Assembly (NCBI GenBank): GCA_000165425.1
Contig: CT868650.1
Span: 1 to 64,000 of the forward strand
Direction of reading: 5' to 3'
DNA from: Paramecium tetraurelia
Taxonomy: Eukaryota
DNA: 64,000 nucleotides
Positions within the stretch are counted from its first letter, which is position 1, and every line of letters starts with the position of its first letter. This document shows, one piece after another, positions 27,051 through 39,289 of the stretch. Below the pieces are notes generated by a model. It made no database searches, had not been told where the DNA came from, and was given only the letters and a program-made list of their open reading frames with translations. Made by a program: the position numbers and the translations under genes.

Positions 27051-27625
27051 TTATGAATTGTTCTTAATACAAACAAATATATTATATTACAATTCTGGAC
27101 AAGTCAGTATTTAAATAATTTACATTATTTAAAAAGTCTGATTTGAGTTATGATTAAATTTCATAAATAAATTGGATTTTCAAACAAAATAGAATCAAGA
27201 GTGTAACTAATTAAAAATAAGTATTAAAAGAATACCAACAATAGAAAGTAAGGGATATAGAATTATAATCTTGTAGAAAAATAAATCGTTAGTACTTTTA
27301 AAAAAAATATGAAGTATAAAATAACAATTAGCATTGTCATTTATCAATGAATTAAATTGGCCTGATATCCATGTTTAAGGAGAAATGAATAATATTGTAT
27401 TTAAGCGTGCCTATTAAACAAAAGAGAAGTAGGTACTATAAGTAAATTGAAGATTAGACTCAATAATTAGAGTAAAAGGATTAATTAATAAAGAATTTTA
27501 TAATAATAATATTTTATAATTATTTAATTTCAATATTTTTTATTTTTATTGACTTTTCCACTTAGTATTATGAGAAATTTAATAATTGTTTTTGCATAAA
27601 TTACATAAAATCCTTATTGAAAAGT

Positions 27626-29106
27626 ATGAAAATTAATGATGATCTTTAAAAGGAATTAAGCCTGAGATTTGAGATCTTTATAACCAAAATAGGAGGATAC
27701 TATTTAAACTGAAAATTAAAAAGCTTCCTTTCTTAAATGCATAGTCCTTATACTAGGTACTGCTTTAATGTTTGGAAATAATTACTTTTGATAATCCTCA
27801 GGCTTTGTAGAGTCAATTGATTGAGTAATTAGTCATTACCATCTCATAATTTAAATTACTATATTCAGGGTTTGCATTCCCAAATATCTTCTTAACTTTA
27901 GTTGGGGGAATCTTAGGTATAATTTATAAATGATGTTAAGGAGTTAGAACGGCATTAATAGGATTTGATCTGACTATTGTGATTACGTAACTAGTCATAT
28001 CATTTGGCGGTTTATATTTACATTTTTTGGTAAATTTTTGTTGGTAGGATTATTTTTGGTACAGCTTCAGAAAATCTATTGATTGCTTAAACAACTATTA
28101 TAGGAAAATGGTTTAGATGGATAGAACTTTCTACTGCAATTGGATATGCCATGGCAATACCTGAATTTGCATGCGCATTAAATTCGTTTATTACTCCAAT
28201 TCTATACAATTAATTTGGTCATTTAGCCTATCCATTGTTCTTCAGTGCATTTTTATGTTTTCTATCCTTCATCTGTGGAGTTACCTTATGCATCCTAGAT
28301 AGAAGTTCATACTAATGATGAGGTGTCTTTTAGTGATATTAAAAATTTTACTCCTAATTATTGTATGCTCTTTATAAATAAGTTCTTACACCCTTTTTAG
28401 ATGATGCAAATGATTTTTTGCAGCAAAAATTTGAATTTACATATCTCTAATCTGGAAGATTGTTGACTCTAACTTATTTGGCAGCTTGTATAGAGATTAT
28501 TTAATTACTTAGCAATCTTAAGTCCTCTCACTGGTTCCTATCTAGATTAAGTTGGCAAAAGGAGACTATTTATTTTAGCAACATGTGTTAGCTACATTCT
28601 TACTCACTTCCTATTTGGAATGATGAGATCAAATCATAATTGAGATCCTAATTATGTTTCAATAATTCCTTTAATTTCATTACGTTTATCTTATTATATG
28701 TATTGTTGTATCATTATTCCTACTGTTTAATATGCTGTATCATAAAGAGTAGTTGGTACTGCCTTTCATTTTGTTGGCATGTTCACAAATACAGCAATGA
28801 CTCTGTTTCCATTAGTTGCAGCATAATTGGCGTAGAATTCTGTAGATGCATAATAAGGATATTCACTTGTAGGATATTTCTATTGTGGAATTTCAATAAT
28901 TGGATTGGATTGGGTTTCACAATTTCACTTTATTATTTTGATATTGTTTCTACTTGTAAATATACAGATTTTTAAAGTAAATTCTTGAAATTGATTATAC
29001 TCAAAATTCTTCTGTTTTGGATTTTGTGAATCTAGAATCACCCAATATGGAAGAGTAGGAAATTCTGAAAAGTCAACAATAGGGTTAGAAGGAAAATTCG
29101 ATTGAG
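27626..29106 (+). pseudogene. MFS transporter (MFSD1-like) pseudogene
   Basis: MFGNNY/FDNPQAL, LLYSGFAFPNIFLTLVGG, IFGTASENLLIAQTTIIGKWF..ELSTAIG motifs with many frameshifts and in-frame TGA; boundaries approximate. Confidence 0.8.
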
Positions 29107-29241
29107 ATTTGATAAATGTAATGGGATTAGAATACAGATTTAATTTAATGAAATTTTAATTTATTATTTAATATAATAAATTAAGTAAATTCATTGGTGT
29201 AAATTTATAATGATATATAGAATTTAATACATTTAAATATA

Positions 29242-31174
29242 TCATTAATCTAGTGATTGTAATGAGTCATAAAATGTTTAATTTTATTTTTCATTTGTTC
29301 TTTTTTTAATCCAAGTATTAAGAAGATTGTTTGATTTTAAAAACTCCAAATTTGTATTCTAATTAGCATAAATTTGTTTACAAACTATTATTGCTTTTAC
29401 TATTCACTTTGCATCTAATCAATAGGGGTCTATAGCGGAGTTTACCACATATTTTACTACATTGGTGGTGTTTATTAAGGTTGTACACTTGGGGACATCT
29501 CTTAATATGGACTACGAATGAGTAATGGGGACATGCCCATATAGCCATTATTGTTGTTATTGTACATATACATCGGTTGGGCAGGCGTATAAACCATAGG
29601 CGTTTAATTGATTTGTTGGAAAGGGGAAATCATATTATAATTGGAAGGGTAATTCTTAAAATATTGTCCCATTAACATTTAAACAGGGGTCTATTGAATT
29701 TATTAAGGAATTTCTTCTTGAAATGGACGAAAACCTTGATAGGGAATTTAATTTTATTATTATTATTATTGAATAGGAGACATTTGAACTTATTTTAATC
29801 TGAATTGATCATTCTTTAATTCCTCCATTTGTTGAAGTTATGGTTGAAAATAATAAGATAGGGTATTTGGTGTTGATAAATCTCTCTTGTTGCTTTCATT
29901 TAATGATAATTAGGGCATTTAATATTATTAGGACATTATTTTTTATTATTGATCCAGTTAAAAGGATGATTACTCTAATAATTATTCATCATTTTATTTA
30001 TTGATTAATTATTCTTATTATTTTTTTTATTACTATTACTATTTTTGTTATTATTACTATTATTATTATTTATTTTCCTTTAATTTTGTCTTTTGAACCT
30101 TTTATTATTATTAAACTACAGGATCATGTCCAATGTTAAGGAAATCTTTTATCTGGGAGCTTATCTTTCTTCTTTTAGTTTAGGGTTCTTAAGGTGGAAT
30201 AGGAGGGGCTTCTTGAATTTTGTCTTTGGACTTTTCTCTTAGATTGAATTTTAATTTAGCTTATCTTGAGTATTGAGTTCTAATTTAAGGTTCTTCTTTT
30301 TGTGGTTCTTACTCCTCCTCAATGTTTTATTTGTTCAAGTACTCTTTGATTGCTTGTAATTCCTCGATGTCATCTTCTTCTTCATCTTTGTGTATTTTTT
30401 AAATTAAACTTTTAAATCTATAATATGATAGTGCTGATTTATACCTATTTTTTACTTAGTTCTCAGTCCTACCTTCAAGCAAAGTGGATATGAGTGACCA
30501 TCTCTTCCCATTTTTGACAACCGTATTCAATAATTGAAGATCTTCTTACTGACTCCAATTAGTTCTATTGTATTTAATAAGTGAGGTTACTTTTTAAGTT
30601 TTGGATTCAAGTAGTTCATCCATCTTTCTCTAACTTATTTTGGTGTTCTAATAAATTGTCCATTATTTTGATTATATAATTCAAGTGCAATGTGTGTCCA
30701 TATATGTTTTTCATCTTACTCACTAAATTATAGATATAAATAAACTCACTGCATGAGTGACCTAATGATTTCATCTTCTTCTGGATCCCAGTTGATACTT
30801 TTGGAAACTGGATTGATCAAAGTAATCCATCTTTATTTAAGTGTAGTTTCATCAATCTAAAGTATAGATGCCAATTAGATCCATTCCTCTTAGTTTGGGT
30901 TTATAGTCTTTTTGTTTTTGAGTTAAAAGAATTTACCCAATATCCAAATAAACATCATCTTGCATTGTTTGTCCCATTTACGTTTGATTCCAGCCTTCTC
31001 CTCTGATAATAATCTAAAACAATATTAATGATTTCTATACTTTTAGGCTATGGATTCGAAATGTTTACTATTAGGATTAATGAAATTCTCCTTTATTTTG
31101 AATTAGTTACGGAAAGGGAAGGGAAGTTCTGCATTTTTCAAAGTACCCAACTCTTACAAAAACTCATGAAACAT
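29242..31174 (-). CDS. Myb-family transcription factor (three Myb-like repeats, Q/P-rich tail)
   Basis: KWDKQCK..W..KQRW, WDPEEDEII..WTHIA..RTPKQVRERWMNYLNP, WSQQEDLQL..GKRWSLIS..GRTENQVKNRY; poly-Q encoded by TAA/TAG; several short introns. Confidence 0.92.
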
Positions 31175-31185
31175 TTAATTAATTA

Positions 31186-32272
31186 ATGGTTAATTGGACT
31201 CAAAGATTTGTTACAGGATTGATTGGAGGTCCCATTGTCTTGTACACCATCTAAAATTAGTTAGCACTCTGTGTCCTTATTAATGGTATACATATATAAT
31301 TGTATTTCAAGTGGTCCTCTATTTGTTGCATGCAGAATTTTAAAAATTGATTTCGAATGTACTTAAACACAATTGCAGTGATTCAGATCGTTGGTATGTA
31401 GAAACCATGGCATCCTCTTGGGTATTTATAATCTTTATTTATCAATAGTTCATTCGAATTCCTACACATTATTTTATCACTATGGCGATTATGCAGAGCA
31501 ATCCATTAAGTGTTCATTTACATATGATCATATCTATTTTCTTCTTGCTTCTTGTTAGATTGATGAACTATCTAAAAATCAGCGATTTCTTAAAATAAAA
31601 TGAGAAGTAATCACTCTCTTCATATTCATTTTTTAGAACTATTTCAGATAAATTCCCAAGTCAAATGGTTGAAAAGAAAATATAAATGTTGACATTCTTT
31701 TAAATGTCTGCTGATATTGTTTGTAATTAGTATCATTCATATCATTAGAATTCCTATTGTTTGTATATCCTCTCAATTTTGTATTGATAGTGTTCTAATA
31801 CAAATAGGCTTAAGCATTGAATCTAATTTGGTTGATCTCTGCATGGTAAACTGATAATGGGGCTTTGTTTATGGGTTCTATGTTTGGAAAAACATTATTT
31901 TGTCCTAAAATATCACCAAATAAAACATGGGAGGGTGTCAGTGGGGGTATATTTTTAAGTGTTTTCTCCTCACTCATACTTTCCTAAATGAATTTCTTGT
32001 CCTTTATCACTTTAGATGATCTACACACTAAACATTTTCTATTAATTTCTTTGATTGTATCATTAGCATCTATCTTTGGAGATTTGATCGAATCCTTCAT
32101 TAAAAGAGTTGCTGATGTTAAGGATTCTGGTTCACTTTTCCCTGGTCATGGTGGTATTCTTGATAGAGTATTTGTTATTTCATATATTTAGCTTGATTCT
32201 TTGTGCTTTAGTGCCCCTTTTGTTTATCTATATATTCAACTATTTATGCATGATGTTTTAGAATTGGCTTGA
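31186..32272 (+). CDS. Phosphatidate cytidylyltransferase (CDP-DAG synthase), bacterial CdsA-type
   Basis: [62 protein letters not shown]; hydrophobic helices; four short introns. Confidence 0.92.
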
Positions 32273-32863
32273 TTATAAAAGATAAGTATTTCATTATATA
32301 ATCAATATTTACATAAATCAATAATAATATATATCTTATTTAACTAACAAATTTTTTATCCTTTAGATTTATAAGCGAATTTACTGATAATAACAAATCA
32401 CTATTTGCATCTATCCAATCTTTTGGCTCTATGAAATAGCAATTTGAAAACTATATAAACCCTTCTATTTCAATTTCTAAGATATTAATCTCTTTAATTG
32501 AACTTAATATAATTTAGTAAGTATATAATTTATCGTGATCTTAATCTTGTAACTATACTTTCCTTCATAGAGTTGAAAATAATTCCTAATTATCTACCAA
32601 GATTAAACAGCATATTATATATATGAATATTTGATAGAAATTTTTGAGTTAAAACTGAGTTCAAAATAATAAAGTTATATTATTTTGTGGTTTGCAAGCT
32701 TTAATCGCATTTTTCTAAAAAAATTGATATTATATATTAAGAGTGCTAGATGTAAATTAATTTATAAGTGAGTATTAGATTGATATTTTTAAATTACCAA
32801 GTAGACTTGCATTGTGAAGATAAATTACTTGAGTTGTAAATTGTAAACATTAAATATATATTT

Positions 32864-33843
32864 ATGTAAAACAATAAAATCATTTATTCAAAAACATAAG
32901 AGAAAAGATCATTTTTGTCTAGTTTATGTTCTTGTTTTGATTGCTTCAAAAAGAATCCTCAGCAAATGAATTAATATCATCCAGAAATAGATACTCCTAA
33001 ATCTTCATTTATTGTATTAGAAAATACTATTAAAATAGGGATAAAGAAAAATAATTGTTTTGGACTTGGATGAAACATTAGTGCATAGTTAATTTGAATA
33101 TTTTGATTCATTTGACTTTACAATTAATGTATTTCATATAAATATTAGCCTAGATTGCTGTATAATCATAAAATTTCAAGGTATATGTGATTGTTCGTCC
33201 TGGAGTTAAGAAATTTATAGAATAACTTAATCATTTCTATGATATCATTTTTTGGACTGCAAGTATAAAAGAATATGCCATGGCAGTAATTGATTATATT
33301 GATCCAGATGGAAAAGCAGTAGAGAGATTGTTCAGAGATAGTTGTACACCTTTAAAAAATAGTTTCACAAAAGATTTAACTAAGTTGGGGAGAGATCTCA
33401 AGGATGTAATAATAGTTGATGTAACGATATTATATTGTTTAATTATTAGAATTCAGTATTTTCGTTTATTATGAATCCTGAGAATGGATTAAAGATTAAT
33501 GATTTTTTTTATGATAAATACGATAAGGAACTAGAATCCATATTGCCATTTTTGATTTGGATATCTTAAGTATGATGTACAATTACTTTTTAAGTTGTCT
33601 GATTTAAGACCAATTTAGAATCGATATAAAGAGTTTCTGAATCGAAAGAAATTGGAGAAAAAGAATGATGAATAACAAATTATATATGGATTATCGAAAA
33701 CTGTTTCTATTCAGAGGAAGAAAATAAATCAGAAGAGTTTCATAAAGACTTTAACTGAACATATAGCAAATAGGGGGAAAGTTGGTAAGGATGATACGAA
33801 CGAGAGCGAGAAGGAAACCTTTGAAATAATTAATTCATACTGA
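32864..33843 (+). CDS. NIF/SCP-type HAD phosphatase (small CTD phosphatase-like)
   Basis: VLDLDETLVHS, VRPGV, FWTASIKEYA, LFRDSC, KDLTKLGRDLKDVIIVD|NS; N-terminal Cys cluster LCSCFDCF. Confidence 0.92.
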
Positions 33844-33881
33844 GAGTTTTGATAATTTATTTGCTTGTATTAATTTAAAAA

Positions 33882-36828
33882 ATGCAAGATATTCAAGCCA
33901 CAACTTAAGAATACGATAATGGGAAGAATTCAGTATGAATTTGAGTCATTTAGGGTAAATACTCTATCAGATCCATGGCTTTACCGAAGATTTCAATCGC
34001 AAAGTAACTGCCATATTTGAGTGGAGTGGATGAAGTAAGTATGCCCAAACGCTATAACAGATAATACTACAAGATCCAATAACCAACCAAGGAAAAGGAT
34101 CTCATTAATGATGTTAGTTGAATTCAATATATTTCTTAGAAGGAAGTCTTCGGTAGTCTGACATCTAATAATGAAGAACTTTACGAGGATCGTAAGCCCA
34201 AGGATCTAATTGGTGAGGATGCTTATAGATCTTATTACCATACATTTAAAAATATAAAGAGAATTTTGGAACAGAACTAATTCGAAAATATTCAAAGTAT
34301 GCATAGATTATCATTGAAAATAGACTCTGTATAGACTAATTTGATTTAGAGATCTGAAAGATTAAGGATATTGCCATGTAAAATGGGTTTGATAAAATTG
34401 AAGGGTGATCGTAATTCACTTTCTATACAAAACTAAAAGTTTGGAGATAAATATGTGGAAGTGCTTTCTGAAGGTTTAAGAACACTACCAGCTATTCAAG
34501 ATTTCAATTTTAATCATAATCGAATTAAGGAATAAGGAGCAGCATAATTAATGCCTTTAATTAGCAAACAGGCTAGAAGGATTGAATTCTAAACAAATTT
34601 AATAGGAGAAAAAGGTTTAGATTCAATTTTGAAAATCCTCCCTTTGTAACAATGCAAGTAAATTGAAATTTAATTTAAAGGATTCAGATTTTGAATTTGG
34701 AAGACAATAATCTAGGAGATCAATTAATTATTGAATTATGTAAAGCAATAAACAAGAATCTCTCTGTTGAAACTTTGAATATTGCCAAAAATAAAATAAC
34801 AAACAATGCCCATCAAAGTTTGAAATAGTTAATAGAATCCAATGATACACTTATGGAATTGTATTTGCGTTGGAATTCTATCAAAGGTTCTGGTGGGGCA
34901 GAGATCTTCAAAGCATTATAAATTAATAAAACTATCAAAGTGCTAGATTTTTCATACAATTTACTAGGATGCGGAAATGTTATTGCTCCAGCTTTAAAGG
35001 ATTTCATTACTGAAAATAAAGTCATTCAACATCTGGATTTGTCAGCAAATAGTTTCACTCAATCGGATTGCGAAATTATATCTGAAGCCTTGAAATACAA
35101 CCACTCAATTTATGGGTTTCATTTCAGAGGCAACTTTGGATTTGTGGATTCAAAAGGTTTCTTGATTATCGATTCGATTATGAAGAATTTCAACTCCACA
35201 CATATTGAATAACGAATTAGAGGTGTTATGCCACACCCTAAACCTTATGATCACGCCTAGAGATTTGAGAAAGTTAGGGATGTCTGTTGGATATGTGATA
35301 ACTGGTAAATGGCTACATTCGAATGGATCCCCAGTATGATATCATTTCTATGAAATAGATTAAAGCGGAGCTTGTGCTGATGAACCTATCTTCATTCATT
35401 TTGATTATGAAGGCTATGATCCTATATTTTTAGGGAAACCTGTTGAGCATGGCCATTTCAGGACTCATAGAATGATTCCAACTGGAGATATTGAATACTT
35501 TTACACTGCCAATTCTATCTAAGTTGCAAGTCAATCTGTTCCTATAAAATAACACATCGAGAAATTCAGAACTAAAGTTAGCATAGCTGATTAGGTTCTC
35601 AATCTCATCATCATTAGGTTGTGAATGTGTTGATTGATGAAACCAATATAGAATCATATTCTAAATCGAAACCTGTTATTGAAGATTGGTATCCCAATTA
35701 TGATGTTTTACCAAGAACATAAGATCCCATCTACATTCCTGCCAAAAGAAAGAAGTAAAAAAGAATTTGGACATATCCAATCTCTATATGGGCTCCTAAG
35801 TATAAATTTGACACTGAGGAATTATTGCGTAAATGCTTTGAAAGAGATTGGTAATGTTGCAAAATTTCTAAGTTTGTTAAAAAGTAAGAAGAACAGGATT
35901 AGGTTTAAAGAAATGTTATGGTAAGCTTATAAACCAATGAGAGAAACTTATAGATTTTATGCTAGTGTCAATCCTACAGGGGATGTATTTTCAATGTCTG
36001 TAAATCCAACATCTGATTTTGTGAATCAATGCCAATTGATTGATTAGAAGTAATTGAAATTGGCAGATGTGGATCTTAAATTTATTGCAACTTGTAGTGC
36101 ATCTTCAGTTGATTACAAGGGTAATTATAGAAATCCAGAGAGGTCATTGGTTAGATACCAGATGATGGAATTCTTAGTGAGAGTCTCAGATGATAAATAT
36201 ATTAGATTCAATCCCTAAATCAACATTGTTTAAGCTACTAAAATGATGTTAGAATAATGTATGCCACACATGTCCTAATTTGATTCTCATAAATGGAGAG
36301 CAGAGAGATACTTTGTAGAATAATGTGATGATGTATGTAAGAAATATAAGTGGGTTTTTGATTATGTTTATATGAGAAATTCATCCAGAAAGGTTAAGCC
36401 AGGTTAAGCACCTTTTATGTGTTTGGATGAACTCAAGGATATTTGCAATAAAGCTAATTTATATGATGAAAATTTTGTTGAAAGGGATGTAAATCTAGCA
36501 TTCAATTTATCTACACTTACATAAATTGATGAATTAGAAAGTGATAGACTATTTTAAATGTAATGGATCGAGTTTATGGAAGCCGTAGCTAGGATTGCAG
36601 ATAAGTACTCTCCTATTGCTCTTGGAAAAAAAGAAGAAGTATGAGAATATTTGATAATGCTAGAAAGAATGGACCTATGAATTAAGATATCAGTAACCTC
36701 TATTCTACAAGTTAGAAGCCTTTATGGTGCATTTAATAAATAACTTAGTTGATGAAGAAACCAAAAAGAATTGGAAATAACCTACTATTTCAATGTTTGA
36801 TGAGGTTGAAGAAGATGAATATTATTGA
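33882..36828 (+). CDS. Large leucine-rich-repeat protein (RNI-like LRRs); frame break at ~35905
   Basis: LNLEDNNLGD, LNIAKNKIT, LYLRWNSIKGSGG, LDFSYNLLG, LDLSANSFT, YGFHFRGN; conserved-looking C-terminal region; 1-nt shift or 19-nt intron at 35884-35902. Confidence 0.85.
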
Positions 36829-37728
36829 ATATGTAAAGTTTGTTTTACGTTGTATTATTTTAATTAAACACAATCTTAATCAAATTCTATTTATGTATTC
36901 ATTTTCCTTTTTGCTGTTCACTTATTTCAATTATTAAGTCAGCAATTCTATTACGATTTAACGTTAGAAAAGTAAGGAGAAAGGTATTTAAAAATATATT
37001 ATAAAGTTATTTATTATGAATACTCTATCTCGGTTGTTTTATAATGAAGTCAACATTATATAATTACTCAATTATTAAATCATAAGAGCAGCTAGTATCA
37101 TAATTCTTATTCAAAAATATAATTATAGCAGTAATATAATCTATCCCTTAAGTATGTTTTTCAAAACAGCTATGGCTTTTTGAAGTTATCATTTAACATT
37201 CTCCTTAGGATAATTCTTCAATAAAACGGTTAATCTAATTAGCAAATTTGAATATTTTAAATACAGCACGTAGACTAATTATCCAAAAATGTATTAGGAT
37301 CTATCAGATCCTAGTACAATAAATTAATCCGCTTCAATCACCCTATTACTTAGAAATTTTTAGCCAACACTATGGTTTTTTCACAAAAAATTGGATTCAA
37401 CGAATACAGAAAATATCTATTTTTATAGAAATCGTTTAAATAATTTAAATAAATTTGGGTATCGATGAATTGAATTATTGCACTGGGTAGGATGTTTAAT
37501 AACCATATAATTTTCTGGTTAAAACAAAATAGCTAGGTCAAAGTCATATCAGAACTTTAATTTCGATAATAAATTTAGTCTGTTTATAATAAATATTATG
37601 ATTAACATCCTGTTGAGAAAACTTTTATGCAAGCTCTCTATACTTGATTAATATTGTAATGAAAAAAATGTATATCTATAAATGTGATTAGTTATAAATT
37701 AGTTTAAAAAGAAAATAAGATAAAAAAT

Positions 37729-37812
37729 TGCCTGCTGTCGGATTCGAACCGACGCGGAGTAGGCTCCAGCAGATCTTAAGTCTGCCCCCTTAACCAGCTC
37801 GGGCAAACAGGC
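37729..37812 (-). tRNA. trnL-TAA: tRNA-Leu (anticodon TAA)
   Basis: Minus strand GCCTGTT..GCAGA-CT-TAA-GA-TCTGC, long variable arm, GGTTCGAATCC T-loop, AGCAGGC-A end, followed by a T-run. Confidence 0.97.
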
Positions 37813-38540
37813 TGTGATGCTAATTTCTAATATCTAACAATATAATTATCCTATCATGATCATTTTTTTCTTATGATTGTTAAAAGTGCAAAGCAAGATA
37901 GTCACTTATTCATATTATATAATTAAATTATAAAAATAAATATATATTTATAAGAATCCAGGGAGATTAAAACAACATTACAACTTCTTTTATATGTTTA
38001 ATTCTTTTGAGAGTATGGTTGATTATTATAAAAACGAGCCTTCTAAATTAAAAAATCAAGATATACTAATGGTCGTTTTATTTGGGGATTCTATTTTGGA
38101 TTAACAAAATTTAGTTAATCAACGGTAATATTGTTTTAATATTAAATTTTGGCTTGCTTTCAAATTTTGCTTTTACTTTGATGTCTAAATTTATTTAGAA
38201 CTAATTAAATGCACTAAGTAATTTCTTTTGAAATATTTTTAGGAAGCAGTAAACATTTGACTATCTTCAAAATTAATTGTTATTTATAATCTTCATAATT
38301 TAATGCTCAAACTTATATCTGATATGTAAACTTCACGTAATTGTTTTAGAATGATAATATTTGATTTGGATTTTTGTCTAAAAATAGTAATAATTATTGA
38401 GACCTATCTAAATATCAATTATTCAGAACTAATCATATTTAGTCATCAATAGATTTTGAATTTAAGATAAAACTATTAAAAATGAAATTTATATATATAT
38501 ATAAATGGTATTAGTTAAAAAGAAAATAAGATAAAAAAAT

Positions 38541-38624
38541 TGCCTGCTGTCGGATTCGAACCGACGCGGAGTAGGCTCCAGCAGATCTTAAGTCTGCCCC
38601 CTTAACCAGCTCGGGCAAACAGGC
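38541..38624 (-). tRNA. trnL-TAA: tRNA-Leu (anticodon TAA), identical second copy
   Basis: Same 84-nt sequence as 37729..37812. Confidence 0.97.
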
Positions 38625-39289
38625 TGTGATGCTAATTTCTAATATCTAACTATATAATTATCTATCTATATTATAATAACTTTTTTCGTATGATAAATTA
38701 AAAAATGGTGAAGGATTCTAAACAACTCATTTATCTATATTTTGATTGAGTTATATTTTCATCCTGTTTGATTTTTCAAGAGAAACTAATTTAAAAAATA
38801 GATAAAAATTTCAAATGAAATCTCTTATAGACACATTATTGTGATTAAGATTATGCAGTAATCTAATAGATATTTTTGGTTAATATCAATTACATTAAAA
38901 TAAATTGGTAATTTGATAGTGAAGAATTTGATTTTACCTTAAATAGCAATTACAATTTTAAATATTCAAAAAAGACAAGAACCTAATACAAAAATGTTAA
39001 CAGTTGAAGAAGGTAATAAACCTATACAAATAATACTTTTAGAGAAGAAGATATCGAATTTAATTTTATTAATTAATTAAGATAATTAAGGGTTAATCAA
39101 AAAAATGCAAGAAAGTTGCTATTTCATATTTAAATAATTATTTTTTAAAAGAAAAGTTGCTCTTTTTCTGTTAAGTCCTTTATTATCTACAAGTAAATGA
39201 ATTTTTTAAGCATTGTAAATATAAATAATCAATAAAATATGAGTAATAAATTGTTATCCATAAGGATTTATTATAGATAAATATGTTTA

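Larger units (their letters stand above)
37699..38662. repeat. Direct duplication of a ~150-bp tRNA-Leu cassette (37699..37850 and 38511..38662)
   Basis: Near-identity extends ~30 bp on one side and ~38 bp on the other side of the tRNA; offset 812 bp. Confidence 0.9.

Noticed and set aside
37729..38624. tRNAs with TAA in the anticodon loop as the UAA-decoding Gln tRNA
   Set aside because: Anticodon 5'-UAA-3' reads the UUA Leu codon and the long variable arm is Leu-type; the reassigned Gln tRNA would have anticodon UUA
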